Assembly: GCA_012960225.1 (NCBI GenBank) | Contig: DUBS01000003.1 | Coordinates: 12,145 to 76,144 of the forward strand | Direction: 5' to 3' | DNA: 64,000 nt | Origin: Gemmatimonadota bacterium | GTDB taxonomy: Bacteria; Gemmatimonadota; Gemmatimonadetes; Longimicrobiales; Gaopeijiaceae | In this document: positions 53,800-64,000 of the stretch, one piece after another | Numbering within the stretch: position 1 is the stretch's first letter | Layout: the number at the start of each line of letters is the position of its first letter | Translations under genes and position numbers: made by a program | Notes under the pieces: model-generated | Seen by the model: only the letters and a program-made list of their open reading frames with translations | What the model was told of the DNA's origin: nothing | The model's database searches: none

Positions 53800-55518
53800 T
53801 CAACCGTTGGATCGGATCTCCACACGATGGACCCGAGCTCCACTCTCCTCTCTGACACGGATCGTATCACCCGCTGTCTCAGTACCGTCAAAGCCACCGC
53901 GAATCGTGAGTAGTTGATTCTCGGGTACTCCGCAAATCCGGTAGTAGCCATCAGCATCGGCAACCGCTTGGAGTCCAAGCACATCCGCCTGCTGTGGCAC
54001 CCCACCCAAAGTTGCTCTGAAACGCTCCCACGTCAGGGAAACAGTTGCCCCCGGAAGCGCCCGACCACGCTGATCAACAACCTGTCCGAGGACGGCTGCA
54101 GAACCATCCTCCTGACTCTCATCCCGGCAAGCCTCGAAAACTACATCTGACTTTGCGGGCATCCGGAATTGAACTCCGGTCACCTGCCCTTCCACTACTT
54201 CTTCAATGATAGGAGGTGGGCGAAATCCAACTTCCTCAACACTCGAATGTGAGATGCTGATTTGATATCTCCCCCCAGTGAGACCTCGTATCACAAATTG
54301 CCCATTAGCATCTGTGAAAACCGTCTGATTCGATCCAACCATTCCCACTCGAGCTCCAGCAAGTGGTTCAGTACCTAGGCTGTCCAAGACCACCCCCTCT
54401 ATTGTCCCGGTCTGAGCCTCAACAATCGTCCGGCCTGCAGCACCAGCCTCGCGGACCTGCATTACCCGACCCCCTGTACGCCTGTAAGCCGTGATACGCA
54501 TCCTCGATCGACCGGAAGTATCATAGAAAACTCCTATACGCGGCATCTGGATCCACCATTCGGGAACAATCCAAGTGCCGTTCGGGAGCCGTTGGAACTT
54601 GACATGCCCACCCACCTCGGATGAGTTGATGTCCGGGTCAAGGTTCTCATAGTTGTACTGAAGCCAACGCAGCTCAAAAGTCTGCCCATCAAGCCACAGT
54701 GTCCCTGAGATATCTACGTTGCGGTTCCGGCCATTCGCGGGCTCAAAACCAAGGCCGACCAGACCTTCAGCTTCTCCCTGGCCAGCCGTGAATCGGAAGC
54801 AGTGAGAATCTAGAAAGGGGTCCGACAACAGTACGTCTGCGTCTGGAGCAAAGTAGACTTGTCCGTCACCATCCTTCTGAACAAACCCATTTTCAATCAG
54901 GTCTTCTGCCGGCTTGCTATCGAATAACTTCGTTCCGGTGCGCTCTTCTTCTCTCTGGATTGTCTTGGCGTCTAGAGCTAGGTCTCGCGTGTAACTCACT
55001 GTGCGATAACGATAGATGGCCTCTCTGTCAGTGAATGCCGCGGCACTAAGCGCTTTTCGAGCTTCATCCCACAGGTCTGCTACCCCCAATCCCTGTGATG
55101 GCCGAACTCTACAACGCCCGCCTTCCGCTTCAACTCGCAGACCCTCAAGGACGATCGCGCTCGATTCAAGCCGCACATCCTGCGTAGCTGTTGCTCCGGC
55201 AGCAACCTGGAAGAGATCCGTTTCCACTGTGGCCTTGCCGATCATCTCGACACGCACCCTAAATGCTCCTGCCTGGAGACCCACGAACAGAGCCCTGCCA
55301 AGCTGGTCTGTCAGGGCTCTCTTCAATACCGTGCCCTCAGAATCTACCAAGTACGCTAGCGCTCCAAATACCGGCCTGGAGTCCTCACCATCGAGTACCC
55401 GTGCCAGGACCGTCTGCGCATTGCCATGAGTTGGAATGCTGGACAATGAAGTTGCGATAAGAATAGCAAGAAAAACGTGGCCAAAGCGCATTGAAATTTT
55501 GGACCCAAGGACAGTCAT
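53800..55518 (-). CDS. secreted protein with carboxypeptidase-regulatory-like (CarboxypepD_reg) domains
   Basis: Signal peptide plus three segments of the form G.V.D....P..GA.V......G......D..G.F...L..G.Y. An alternative start is at 55491. Confidence 0.55.
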   Translation of the reverse strand: MTVLGSKISMRFGHVFLAILIATSLSSIPTHGNAQTVLARVLDGEDSRPVFGALAYLVDSEGTVLKRALTDQLGRALFVGLQAGAFRVRVEMIGKATVETDLFQVAAGATATQDVRLESSAIVLEGLRVEAEGGRCRVRPSQGLGVADLWDEARKALSAAAFTDREAIYRYRTVSYTRDLALDAKTIQREEERTGTKLFDSKPAEDLIENGFVQKDGDGQVYFAPDADVLLSDPFLDSHCFRFTAGQGEAEGLVGLGFEPANGRNRNVDISGTLWLDGQTFELRWLQYNYENLDPDINSSEVGGHVKFQRLPNGTWIVPEWWIQMPRIGVFYDTSGRSRMRITAYRRTGGRVMQVREAGAAGRTIVEAQTGTIEGVVLDSLGTEPLAGARVGMVGSNQTVFTDANGQFVIRGLTGGRYQISISHSSVEEVGFRPPPIIEEVVEGQVTGVQFRMPAKSDVVFEACRDESQEDGSAAVLGQVVDQRGRALPGATVSLTWERFRATLGGVPQQADVLGLQAVADADGYYRICGVPENQLLTIRGGFDGTETAGDTIRVREESGARVHRVEIRSNG

Positions 55519-55614
55519 AAGATAGCTACAATGCTCTTTCCAAAGGGTTCCTGGTAGGGCGAAGCGTATTACGAGAAGCTAAAAACGTGGAAAACCCGCA
55601 TTCCTGAAGACATC

Positions 55615-57048
55615 TCAAGCGATCCCCCCTCCAGTTAATGCCTTGACAAGGCGGTAAAGAAATTCCTGCCCCTCGAAAAAGTTCTGGATGCTTATTCGCT
55701 CATCTTGACCGTGGGCCCGGACATCATCCATATCACCGAAAAGTCCACTCACGCCATAGACGGGTATCCCCTCTCGACGCAAATAGAGTCCGTCTGTTGC
55801 TCCTGTAGACATGACCGGGAGGACTTCCACTCCTGGCCACATCTGCTCTGTAATCCTTTCAATCGGCCCAAGAACTTCTGGGGTCAGGGGCGAAGGTGGA
55901 CTCTCTGTCGCTAATCCGCGGGGCTCGACAGTCACATCAAAGGGAGTAGCTAACTCTTGAAGTTTCGCATGCACATCTAAAGGATCATGACTCGGAAAGA
56001 TTCGACAATTAACGTTCGCCTGAGCTAATTGCGGAAGTGCATTCTGGGCGTGCCCTCCCTCAAGCAAGGTTGCTACACAAGTCGTCCGCAGCCTCGAGCT
56101 ATAACCAGTCTCTGAAGATAAGACCCTAGCGGCTTGGGCATCTGCAGGGTTGGACACGATTCTGCGCATTGCCTCACCCATTTCACCCCCGACGAGGTCT
56201 GCAGAGCGACCGAAGAATGCCTCGGTAACTTCGTTGAGCATGATGGGGAAAGCGAAGTCTTGAACTGCGAGAAGCGCTCCAGCAAGATCATAAATCGCAT
56301 TCTTGCGCACTGGTAAAGAAGAGTGTCCACCAGGGTTTGTACCCGTGAAAAAGAATGAGAGGAATTTCTTTTCAGCAGCTTGAACATTGTTTGAGATTTT
56401 TCTCCCATTCTGCTCCATGCCTCCACCGCCTTCGTTGAGAGCAAAGGCAGCGTCAATCAATTCACGATGCTCCTCCAACAGGTACGCGACACCATTCCGA
56501 GGGCCACCCTCTTCGTCAGCGGTTAGTGCCATGATTATGTCACGATCTGGCACAAACCCTTCCTGCCGCATTCGAATTAAATTTGCGGTGTAGATAGCCG
56601 CCTCATCTTTGTCATCCGTAACACCACGCCCATAGTAGTACCCATCCCGCTCAATGAATTCGAACGGATTGAAATCTGGACTCCAATCTTCGGGTAGGGC
56701 CTCAACAACGTCGATGTGTGCAAGCAGTAGAATGGGCTCCTGTCCACTATCCCTCCCTCTGTATCGGGCAACAAGATTTCCTTTAGTGGGCGAATCTTCT
56801 GGCACGAGGACATGCACGTCCTCCTGAGGAAAGCCAGCTTCTAGCAAAGCATCAGCCATCGCCTGCGCTGCCAGCGTATTGTTCCCGCGCTCGGTGTTCG
56901 TCGTATTAATCTCGACGAGTTGTTCCAGCAGTGATCGGGCTAGATTCATATGCTCTCTTGGGGATGTGGTTTGAGCAGCGGTACTCATCGCCGCCAAACC
57001 CATCGCAACAGCCAATGCCCCAGCTGATCGAAGCTTGCTTGTCATCAC
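55615..57048 (-). CDS. M20 family metallopeptidase
   Basis: Signal peptide plus M20 motifs (LLAHIDVV, GRGVTDDK, ADEEGG, and a conserved HGQDE near the C-terminus). Confidence 0.8.
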   Translation of the reverse strand: MMTSKLRSAGALAVAMGLAAMSTAAQTTSPREHMNLARSLLEQLVEINTTNTERGNNTLAAQAMADALLEAGFPQEDVHVLVPEDSPTKGNLVARYRGRDSGQEPILLLAHIDVVEALPEDWSPDFNPFEFIERDGYYYGRGVTDDKDEAAIYTANLIRMRQEGFVPDRDIIMALTADEEGGPRNGVAYLLEEHRELIDAAFALNEGGGGMEQNGRKISNNVQAAEKKFLSFFFTGTNPGGHSSLPVRKNAIYDLAGALLAVQDFAFPIMLNEVTEAFFGRSADLVGGEMGEAMRRIVSNPADAQAARVLSSETGYSSRLRTTCVATLLEGGHAQNALPQLAQANVNCRIFPSHDPLDVHAKLQELATPFDVTVEPRGLATESPPSPLTPEVLGPIERITEQMWPGVEVLPVMSTGATDGLYLRREGIPVYGVSGLFGDMDDVRAHGQDERISIQNFFEGQEFLYRLVKALTGGGIA

Positions 57049-57158
57049 TCAGTGTCTCCCTGTTCACCTGGTCCGTTAGGAATGGCCTATAGTGTGCGAC
57101 CCAATCTCTTTCACAAGACAGGTATTAATCTATCGTATGTCCTGGTAGGGCGATCTCC

Positions 57159-57719
57159 CTAGCCTACCCAGGTCGTGAAACCTATAGCTGATTTACGAGA
57201 CTTCTGTTCCGGCACGCTAGCTGGCTCACCGAGGTGGACCGTCGCGATGATCCGTTCTCCATCAGCCACGCCCACTGCTGATCGCGCTAGCGGATCCTCC
57301 ATGACCGCACCAGTCTTAATATGCGCCCCTAAACCCATATCGTGGGCGGCCAAGGACAGGTTCTGGAGTCCCATAAATACTGCAGCATAATCTTCCTCGC
57401 AGACTTCAGGATTTTCATCAAGTACCAAGGTGCTCGCAATCATGCAGGGGAGCGCCTTATGTGCATTAGCGACCTTGAGAATCACAGCCTCTGCCGCCCC
57501 AGAATCCTCTACTCTCTTCGCCTTTCGTCTGCCCAAAGCAGCACCGTACGCATAACGAGCCTTGGGGCCAAGCACATAGAATCTCCATGGCTCAGTCATT
57601 CGATGGTTCGGAGCTTGAACTACAGCCTCAAGTAATTGTTCAATCTCCTCTCGCGTTACGGTTCGCGCCGTAAACTCCTTGATGGAGCGACGCTCATGAA
57701 TTGTCTGTAAAATACTCAT
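57159..57719 (-). CDS. nitroreductase family protein
   Basis: N-terminal RRSIKEFT...V and APNHRMTEPW motifs. 186 aa. Confidence 0.8.
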   Translation of the reverse strand: MSILQTIHERRSIKEFTARTVTREEIEQLLEAVVQAPNHRMTEPWRFYVLGPKARYAYGAALGRRKAKRVEDSGAAEAVILKVANAHKALPCMIASTLVLDENPEVCEEDYAAVFMGLQNLSLAAHDMGLGAHIKTGAVMEDPLARSAVGVADGERIIATVHLGEPASVPEQKSRKSAIGFTTWVG

Positions 57720-57811
57720 TTCGGAAAGCAGTCCATTGGGGATAATTACGAGTGGGTCAGGTAGCTACAACAAGCAATCAAGAGATTATCTGGCTATCAA
57801 CAGAACCTTTT

Positions 57812-58777
57812 TTAATACACGTCCAGATCCTTCCCGGATGCTAGCGGGCCATTATACCCGGCCGCACGAATCTCGTTAACGAGCCCCGTATCGTCCGTAC
57901 CCCAAAACAGGTGGTGATAAAGCACCAGCATACCCGGCCTAGAGCGATTGGCGATATCAGCAAGCTCAGTCGTCGAGGTGTGGAACTGCGAGTGGTAAGC
58001 CTGCCATTCTGGCGGTCGTGTAGTAAAACGCTCAGCACTGTACACCTCGTGTAGAAGGATGTCACAGCCATCACACGCCTCCACCAGAGATTCACTCGGC
58101 GCCGCATCACCACTAATCACTATCGTCCGATCAGGTCCCTCAAAACGGTAGCCATAAGAGTACTCCCAAGATCCATGTTTCACCGGAATCGCATACACGC
58201 GAACGAGTTCGTCTTCGTAGACAAGCCCCGGCTCGATCTCATGAGTATTCGGTCTGTACCCGTCGCGATTCGCGCCGCGCGGTTCGAGACCGTCGAGCCG
58301 GATGGAGATGTCGTCAGCCCACGCTTCCGCTATGCCACTCATCATCCGCTCTATCCCTGGGGGCCCGAAAACATTCAGAGGATCGGGACGATCGAGCACC
58401 CAAGGGCTGTAAAGCAAATCTGGAAGACCAACAGTATGATCGGAATGCAGGTGGGTAATGAAAACATGGTTGAGGCCCGACGCTGAGAGTGCGGGCATAT
58501 CCTTCTCGCGTGCTGCCAGGGCCGCACGGCGAACAATTCCGGCCCCAGCATCAATGAGGTAGGCACGATCATCAACCACTACTGCAGTCGCGGGACCTGA
58601 CCGTTCTGGGTCCGCATTAGGCGTTCCTGTCCCTAACAAAACAAGTCGAGTGCGGGGTATGGCCTGTGCGTCCACCCTGACTGGGCTGAAACTGAACCCG
58701 ATAATTATCCCAACCAAGAATATCCTTCGGCTTGTGTTTAGCCTCAGCCCTTTCGCCATCAGTTCTCCGGAAAGCAT
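57812..58777 (-). CDS. MBL-fold metallo-hydrolase with a signal peptide
   Basis: HLHSDH metal motif, with downstream H and D ligands (VKHG, ISGD, LHEV). Confidence 0.75.
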   Translation of the reverse strand: MLSGELMAKGLRLNTSRRIFLVGIIIGFSFSPVRVDAQAIPRTRLVLLGTGTPNADPERSGPATAVVVDDRAYLIDAGAGIVRRAALAAREKDMPALSASGLNHVFITHLHSDHTVGLPDLLYSPWVLDRPDPLNVFGPPGIERMMSGIAEAWADDISIRLDGLEPRGANRDGYRPNTHEIEPGLVYEDELVRVYAIPVKHGSWEYSYGYRFEGPDRTIVISGDAAPSESLVEACDGCDILLHEVYSAERFTTRPPEWQAYHSQFHTSTTELADIANRSRPGMLVLYHHLFWGTDDTGLVNEIRAAGYNGPLASGKDLDVY

Positions 58778-58885
58778 TTATTGTGTGTGTTCATAGTTGA
58801 TGGGTCACCCACGTATACCTCAATACTCAAGTCTAAGAAAGCATAATAACTCTAGGGACATGGCACCGCGCCGTGGGCTCTCAGT

Positions 58886-61800
58886 TTACCAAGATTCCAG
58901 TCTATCCTGAGCAGTAAAGAATAATATTCGCTCCTTTACGGGATCCCCTGTCAAGCGGGCCCAGGCATCTGCATAAAGGTCGACTTGCTGACGGTAATTT
59001 TCGAGTCGAGAACTAAAATCCGGATCTGTACCCAGGTCCGTTTTGTAGTCGGCAATCACCCAACCACCGTCTTCTCTGAACGCCAGATCAACCACCCCTT
59101 CAATCACCTGTAATAGAGGTTCATCTTCCTCGAGAGAGAGTTCATCACCCACTTTAGGACTCTCTGTAGTTGAAAAAATGTCCATCTGTCTAGCAGCCAA
59201 GAACTCCGAGGCAGACTTCTCCCTACTCTTTGGACTTTCAGAATCACCGACGGCTTGGATTCCTTCATGCTGCACGGCAAAAGGCACCTCAACCATCATC
59301 TTCTCGGCTTCCAGAGCTCGGGTCCAAAGTTCTGAGGCACGCACAACTCCCACCACTTGAAGGAGTTCGGTAAGCTCGATCGGCTCTCCTAGATCATCAA
59401 GTGGACGCTGATATTCTCGCAGAAGGTCCCGGCACGTACCCCTAAGAAACTCAGGTGGAGAATCAACTGCTGCTGCTGCCAGGGCACCGTGAACTACGCT
59501 ACCCCAAGAAAACCCCCGAGAGTTCTCTCCTCGGTCATCTTCGTCAGACCCAGTAGCCACAAACCCTTCTGAGATGATTTCAGCCTTCTCCACGATTCGG
59601 GTGACAGACCGATACTCGAAGGAAGACTTGGCCGACCTGTTTAATCTATCAGCTGCTGCTTTACGATCTCGCTCGACCACCTCCTTCTTAAGAGAGGTTT
59701 CCGCTCGTGGGTCTGGTTCATCAGCGATCATGAGCTGACCCTCCGGTTCCAATTTTGTCAGCAACGGATCGAGTTTAAGCCACGGTGACTGATCGTTGTG
59801 GGGATACCTTGCGACCCAGAGTTCACTCTTTGCTCTGGTGACAGCCACATAGAGGAGCCTTACTTCTTCTGCCTCCTGAAAGCGTTTTTCAGTCTCTTCC
59901 TTCTCGTCCCAGTCCGGAGCAGTGGCTAAAGTTCGAGACCCACGCATCACCTTCAAATAACCCGAGGCTGTGCCATCTTCGTCCCGCTGAACATGGAGAT
60001 TAGGCTTCCGGGATCGGGCTCCAGCAGGGTCTGCGAGAACAACCACTTTCGCCTCGAGGCCCTTGGCTTGGTGCAAGTTCATCAGTCGAATCACCCCTGA
60101 ACGCCCTGGTTCAAGTGGAGCCTCAACCCGAGTCACTGCAAAAGCCGATCGCAGTGCCCTCAAAACACCGGGTAGTGAGGCGTCACCTGCTAACGTGGTA
60201 GCCTGAACGATTTCGAGCGCGTACACGAGGGTGCCAGCTCTGAGCGCACCCAATTCTCCCGCTGCTGCGTAAGGCAAGACTCCTAACTCGCTAATCACTC
60301 CAGATATAAAAATGTCTGCGGGCGACGTGGCAGTCGCCCGCCACCAACTGTTCAGCTTGTTCAGAGCTTCGATCACCATCGGATGACCAATGGAATGGGC
60401 CTCCATCACATCGAAGCGCCCTCCATCCTCTTGGTGTTGTAGCATTTGTTCGTAGTCGATACCGAAGAACAGTCCTACCAAAACTGCTACGACCTTGATC
60501 GGATTTCCCGGATCAATCATGCATTCGAGGAGCACTTGAAGTTCTTCAAGTTCTTTCTCCGCGCTGACGCCGGCACCAGTGACTTGAACCGGGAGTCCCC
60601 ATTCTTCTAGCGCATGCGCATAGACACGGAGTTGCTTTGTATCCCGCGTTAGGATCATGAAATCACCCGGCACACGCTCTCCTGCAGTGAGTCGACTATT
60701 GATCCATGTTGCCAGACGGGCAGCGTCCTCCTCGGCGATCAACTTCCGATTGTTACGGAGCTGATGACCTATTTCATACCAATACACCCCATGGGCTGCA
60801 CTCGAATCACTCACCCAAGTATTCAGAGGCTGAAACGAGGCCTGCTCCTCGCTCCCTTCCCCCGGGAACAAGCTACCCTTGCCGAATAACTCATTAACAA
60901 AATCGGTAATCGGCGGACGTGACCGGAAATTCATGGTCAGTGTCAGAACTGACCCGAAGTCCGCAAAGCGATCCTTTACGAAACTGTAGAGGTTGATATC
61001 AGCGCGCCGGAAGCGGTAAATACTTTGTTTCGGATCACCAACCAAGAATAGTGCTCCGGGCCGCGGATCATCCCGTCGCCAGTCACCTTCTGCCGCCTCC
61101 CCACCAACACCGGGTTCAGAAGCAAGAAGAAAAAGAATTTCCGTCTGTAAGGGATCCGTATCCTGGAATTCATCAACTAAGATCCTCCGGTACTTATCCC
61201 CAAGTTGGTGCCGCGCATCCGCACTCCGCCTAAGCAACTCAGCTGACAGTCCGAGTAGGTCCTGGTAATCAAGTCGCCCGATCCTCCGTCGATAGTCTGC
61301 GAATTCCCGAGCCCCTCTGATCGCAATCCGCATGGCAAGCTGATAACGATGGGCATTTTGAAATTCTGCCCCCCGTTTCGCTAGTTCATTTTTATCAGCG
61401 AACTCTCGGACCCGATCCCTAAACTCCACAGCCAACCCTGGGTCCCTCCATCTGTTTTGGACGATGTTGATCTCAGTCGGCGAACAAAGCTTGGAGAGCG
61501 CATCCAATAAAGTGCTGGGCTCATCCCATCCGGCGATTTCATGGGTGTAGTGGAGGTTACGAATAACTTTCTGAAGAGAATCCCACCCCATCTTTGGCTC
61601 TTTGTCGTCGATCAACTCCCAACCTGTCTCGACGATATCTTCCAACTTGTGACGAAGATCAGCCATTTCGGTGACTGATATGGTCTCTACAGTGTCATGC
61701 GGGAACACCACATCAGGATGTTTCACGACTTCGCGGAAGAGATCACGTATATGAGAAGGATTGAGGTTTACGTTACTTAGTTCACTCAAGATGGGGTCGG

Positions 61801-62290
61801 CCTCGCGAACCAACCTCTCGAGATATCGGTCCCAAAAATCACTCTCGAACCTGACTCGTTCGTCGGCAGGTATCTGCTCGAATGTTGGATCCAGACCTAC
61901 TTCCAATGGATGTTCGCGAAGCAGCCTTGCACAGAAGGAATGAATCGTCCCGATAAAGACTTGATCGATATCATCGAGTGCCGAAACCAGCCGTTCCCGA
62001 ATGATTTCTTCGGAGTCCGAGCCTTCATCGCGAGCCAAGCGCTCTAGACGTCCCTGGAAGCGTTCACGCAGCTCGGTAGCAGCTTTCCTAGTGAACGTGA
62101 CAGCCGCGATCTCGTTTACCAATGCCTCACCTTCCGAGACAAGTGCTACCATGCGCTCAATCAGTTCCGTGGTCTTCCCCGAACCCGCACCAGCCTCGAC
62201 CAGAAGATTGGTCTCGAGGTCCTCTTTGATACGCGACCGTGCAGAACTATCCGCCAGTTCCGTACCCTTTTTCTCACCAGAGTCAGTCAT
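58886..62290 (-). CDS. UvrD/Rep-type helicase fused to a C-terminal PD-(D/E)XK nuclease (AddA/RecB-like)
   Basis: Walker A (AGAGSGKTT), motif II (VDEFQDTD) and other SF1 motifs. C-terminal GVVDLAF...VIADYKTD nuclease motif. The ATG at 62290 (MTDSGEKKG) is preferred over 62416. Confidence 0.8.
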   Translation of the reverse strand: MTDSGEKKGTELADSSARSRIKEDLETNLLVEAGAGSGKTTELIERMVALVSEGEALVNEIAAVTFTRKAATELRERFQGRLERLARDEGSDSEEIIRERLVSALDDIDQVFIGTIHSFCARLLREHPLEVGLDPTFEQIPADERVRFESDFWDRYLERLVREADPILSELSNVNLNPSHIRDLFREVVKHPDVVFPHDTVETISVTEMADLRHKLEDIVETGWELIDDKEPKMGWDSLQKVIRNLHYTHEIAGWDEPSTLLDALSKLCSPTEINIVQNRWRDPGLAVEFRDRVREFADKNELAKRGAEFQNAHRYQLAMRIAIRGAREFADYRRRIGRLDYQDLLGLSAELLRRSADARHQLGDKYRRILVDEFQDTDPLQTEILFLLASEPGVGGEAAEGDWRRDDPRPGALFLVGDPKQSIYRFRRADINLYSFVKDRFADFGSVLTLTMNFRSRPPITDFVNELFGKGSLFPGEGSEEQASFQPLNTWVSDSSAAHGVYWYEIGHQLRNNRKLIAEEDAARLATWINSRLTAGERVPGDFMILTRDTKQLRVYAHALEEWGLPVQVTGAGVSAEKELEELQVLLECMIDPGNPIKVVAVLVGLFFGIDYEQMLQHQEDGGRFDVMEAHSIGHPMVIEALNKLNSWWRATATSPADIFISGVISELGVLPYAAAGELGALRAGTLVYALEIVQATTLAGDASLPGVLRALRSAFAVTRVEAPLEPGRSGVIRLMNLHQAKGLEAKVVVLADPAGARSRKPNLHVQRDEDGTASGYLKVMRGSRTLATAPDWDEKEETEKRFQEAEEVRLLYVAVTRAKSELWVARYPHNDQSPWLKLDPLLTKLEPEGQLMIADEPDPRAETSLKKEVVERDRKAAADRLNRSAKSSFEYRSVTRIVEKAEIISEGFVATGSDEDDRGENSRGFSWGSVVHGALAAAAVDSPPEFLRGTCRDLLREYQRPLDDLGEPIELTELLQVVGVVRASELWTRALEAEKMMVEVPFAVQHEGIQAVGDSESPKSREKSASEFLAARQMDIFSTTESPKVGDELSLEEDEPLLQVIEGVVDLAFREDGGWVIADYKTDLGTDPDFSSRLENYRQQVDLYADAWARLTGDPVKERILFFTAQDRLESW

Positions 62291-62398
62291 CGCGCAAATC
62301 TGCGTGCCCGGATACCGCCGGGAAAGTGACCAATACCTTCCAACCTGGCACAGATACGGAACGGAGATCACTTTTTCCGACCACCAGGAGGAAATCCT

Positions 62399-63562
62399 AT
62401 GCACGTGCTCAAGCAAGTACCGATCCTAGTGCTATCCCTAATCGCTCTCCCACCCAATCTCATCCCGACAAGCGCCCAGGAGACTCTCACACAACGAATC
62501 GAGCGGATCCTATCCCGGGTACCCCTGATCGATGGGCACAATGACCTTCCGGGACAGATACGGGATATTCAGACACCTGAAGGTGATGTGGGCTTATATG
62601 ATCTGAGACAGGCCACCAGCGGGGATACCGACATTCCGAGGCTACGCCAAGGTCTGGTGGGCGCTCAGTTTTGGTCAGTACACGTGAACGTCGAGGACCC
62701 AGCACCAGCAAAGCAACAGCTAGAACAAATCGATATTGCTCACCGGATCTTTGAGACGTACCCGGACGAACTCGAGTTTGCAGGCAGCGTATCCGACATC
62801 CAGCGTATCTTTGGAGCGGGAAAAATCGCTTCGCTACTGGGTATAGAGGGTGGACATGTTATTGAAAACTCGCTTGGTGCCCTAAGAGCATTCTACCGCG
62901 CTGGTGTCCGCTATATGGGCCTGACACACTTTTCTAATACCGATTGGGCAGATTCCAGTACCGATGAAGTTGTCAATGATGGGCTCTCGCCTTTCGGTGA
63001 GGAGGTCATCAGGGAAATGAACCGAATGGGTATGCTCGTTGATCTAGCTCATACATCGCCGGCGACTATGAGTGATGCGCTCAGCCTCGCAGAAGCTCCG
63101 GTCATTTTCTCCCATGCGGGTGCACAGGCACTTGCTGACCATCCCCGCAATGTTCCCGATTCTATCCTGAGGCGGCTCACGGAGAATGGCGGGGTCGTGA
63201 TGCAGGTCTTCTATCCACCGTATATCAGTGCCGACGATTCCGTCGCGAGCATCTCAGACGTCGCTGACCATATAGAACACATCCGTACAGTAGCGGGAAT
63301 CAATCATGTCGGCATAGGCTCGGACTTCGACGGAATCCCCACGTATGTGGAAGGCTTGGAAGATGTTTCGACCTTCCCTGCCTTGTTCATGGAGTTGGCA
63401 CGCAGAGGATGGACGGACAAAGAACTCTCCAAACTCGCAGGTGAGAACCTTCTCCGGGTCATGCGTGAGACGGAAGCGGTGGCAATGCGACTGCAGCGAG
63501 AGCGCCCACCGTCTACCAAGACTTATGAAGAGTTGGACGGAGGAAGAACCGGCTTTAACTAA
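62399..63562 (+). CDS. membrane dipeptidase (peptidase M19)
   Basis: Signal peptide plus M19 motifs (IDGHNDLP, GLTHFSNTDWADS, VDLAHTS, FSHAG, IGSDFDG). Confidence 0.85.
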   Translation: MHVLKQVPILVLSLIALPPNLIPTSAQETLTQRIERILSRVPLIDGHNDLPGQIRDIQTPEGDVGLYDLRQATSGDTDIPRLRQGLVGAQFWSVHVNVEDPAPAKQQLEQIDIAHRIFETYPDELEFAGSVSDIQRIFGAGKIASLLGIEGGHVIENSLGALRAFYRAGVRYMGLTHFSNTDWADSSTDEVVNDGLSPFGEEVIREMNRMGMLVDLAHTSPATMSDALSLAEAPVIFSHAGAQALADHPRNVPDSILRRLTENGGVVMQVFYPPYISADDSVASISDVADHIEHIRTVAGINHVGIGSDFDGIPTYVEGLEDVSTFPALFMELARRGWTDKELSKLAGENLLRVMRETEAVAMRLQRERPPSTKTYEELDGGRTGFN

Positions 63563-63966
63563 AGCCTTATAACCCGACCCTCTGAGGTTACCCTGAGTAA
63601 TGTGCCTTGAGGAGTACCATCGAGTGCACTCAGTTCAACTTCCAGGACAGGGCACATTGAATACCCCAGCTCTACGCTGACGAAAATTCCGATAGCCAGA
63701 ATCGCATCCGCACGTGCCATGAGTATCGCTGCGGGTGCGGTACCTTCCCGGAGCAATTCGAGCATGACCGCGCTAGAAGAACTTGATCCCACCGCTCCAG
63801 GCAGAGCTAGAACGGCCCCGCTGATACTTACTCCATAGTCGGGATGCCGCGGGTCTATCACTGCCCCGCTCACCGGGTCAATACCACCCCAAAGGCTGAT
63901 AGGGGCCTGAAGTCTGAGTAACCGTCCCTCAGCGTTACCCGGTATAAGCACACGCCCCTCTACCAA
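63559..63966 (-). CDS. aconitase X swivel-domain protein (DUF126, AcnX small subunit); the frame stays open to the window end
   Basis: GR.L..G.AEG..L....P.S.WGG.D...G.I ... GSSS.S motif pattern. TTG at 63966, but there is no in-frame stop before nt 64000, so the start is uncertain. Confidence 0.65.
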   Translation of the reverse strand: MVEGRVLIPGNAEGRLLRLQAPISLWGGIDPVSGAVIDPRHPDYGVSISGAVLALPGAVGSSSSSAVMLELLREGTAPAAILMARADAILAIGIFVSVELGYSMCPVLEVELSALDGTPQGTLLRVTSEGRVIRL

Positions 63967-64000
63967 GACCAGATCGCCTCTGTTCGAGCCACTAAACCAG

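Noticed and set aside
1-64000. I looked for CRISPR arrays, transposases, integrases, phage genes, toxin-antitoxin pairs and known defence-system gene pairs.
   Set aside because: None were seen. The window reads as core chromosome, so I found no mobile or defence island to report. Long-range or diverged repeats cannot be excluded without a computational self-comparison.

Overview
This looks like a gene-dense chromosomal segment (about 60 CDS) from a diderm, probably marine, heterotrophic bacterium. Phylum is not assignable by eye. Many neighbouring genes overlap by 1-4 nt and most intergenic gaps are under 150 nt. I found no rRNA, tRNA, CRISPR array, transposase, integrase or prophage genes.

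Gene content in order:
- msrB, ilvE and ggt.
- A TRAP transporter: dctP, with dctQ and dctM on the other strand.
- A complete Pho island: pstS, phoU-fusion, pstC, pstA and two pstB genes, a divergent OprO/P-type porin, and phoB-phoR.
- Housekeeping and redox genes: cutA, fadD-like, OsmC, nfo, trxB, a YumC-type FNR, NUDIX and rho.
- A pterin operon (PTPS, folE, SDR) plus a FolM/PTR1-like reductase and thyX.
- A peptide and glycan scavenging block: NamZ-like, BNR/sortilin-like, M20, an M19 dipeptidase and an AcnX small subunit.

The most notable observations:
1. An AhpD/CMD-family gene is interrupted by one in-frame TGA exactly at the second Cys of its CxxCxxxH motif, with a hairpin just downstream. 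It is a likely selenoprotein that ORF callers split in two.
2. The two tandem PstB ATPases carry complementary motif degeneracy. This predicts one consensus and one degenerate ATP site.
3. PhoU is fused to a cysteine-less ArsC/LMW-PTP-like domain and sits between pstS and pstC.
4. A eukaryote-type PTPS-FolE-SDR operon lies behind a long structured leader.
5. fumC carries a frameshift and deletion.
6. A single polypeptide joins a FakA-like Dak2 module to a DegV (FakB-like) domain.

All calls come from reading the translations and the sequence by eye. No database search, HMM or folding program was run, and family assignments rest on remembered motifs.
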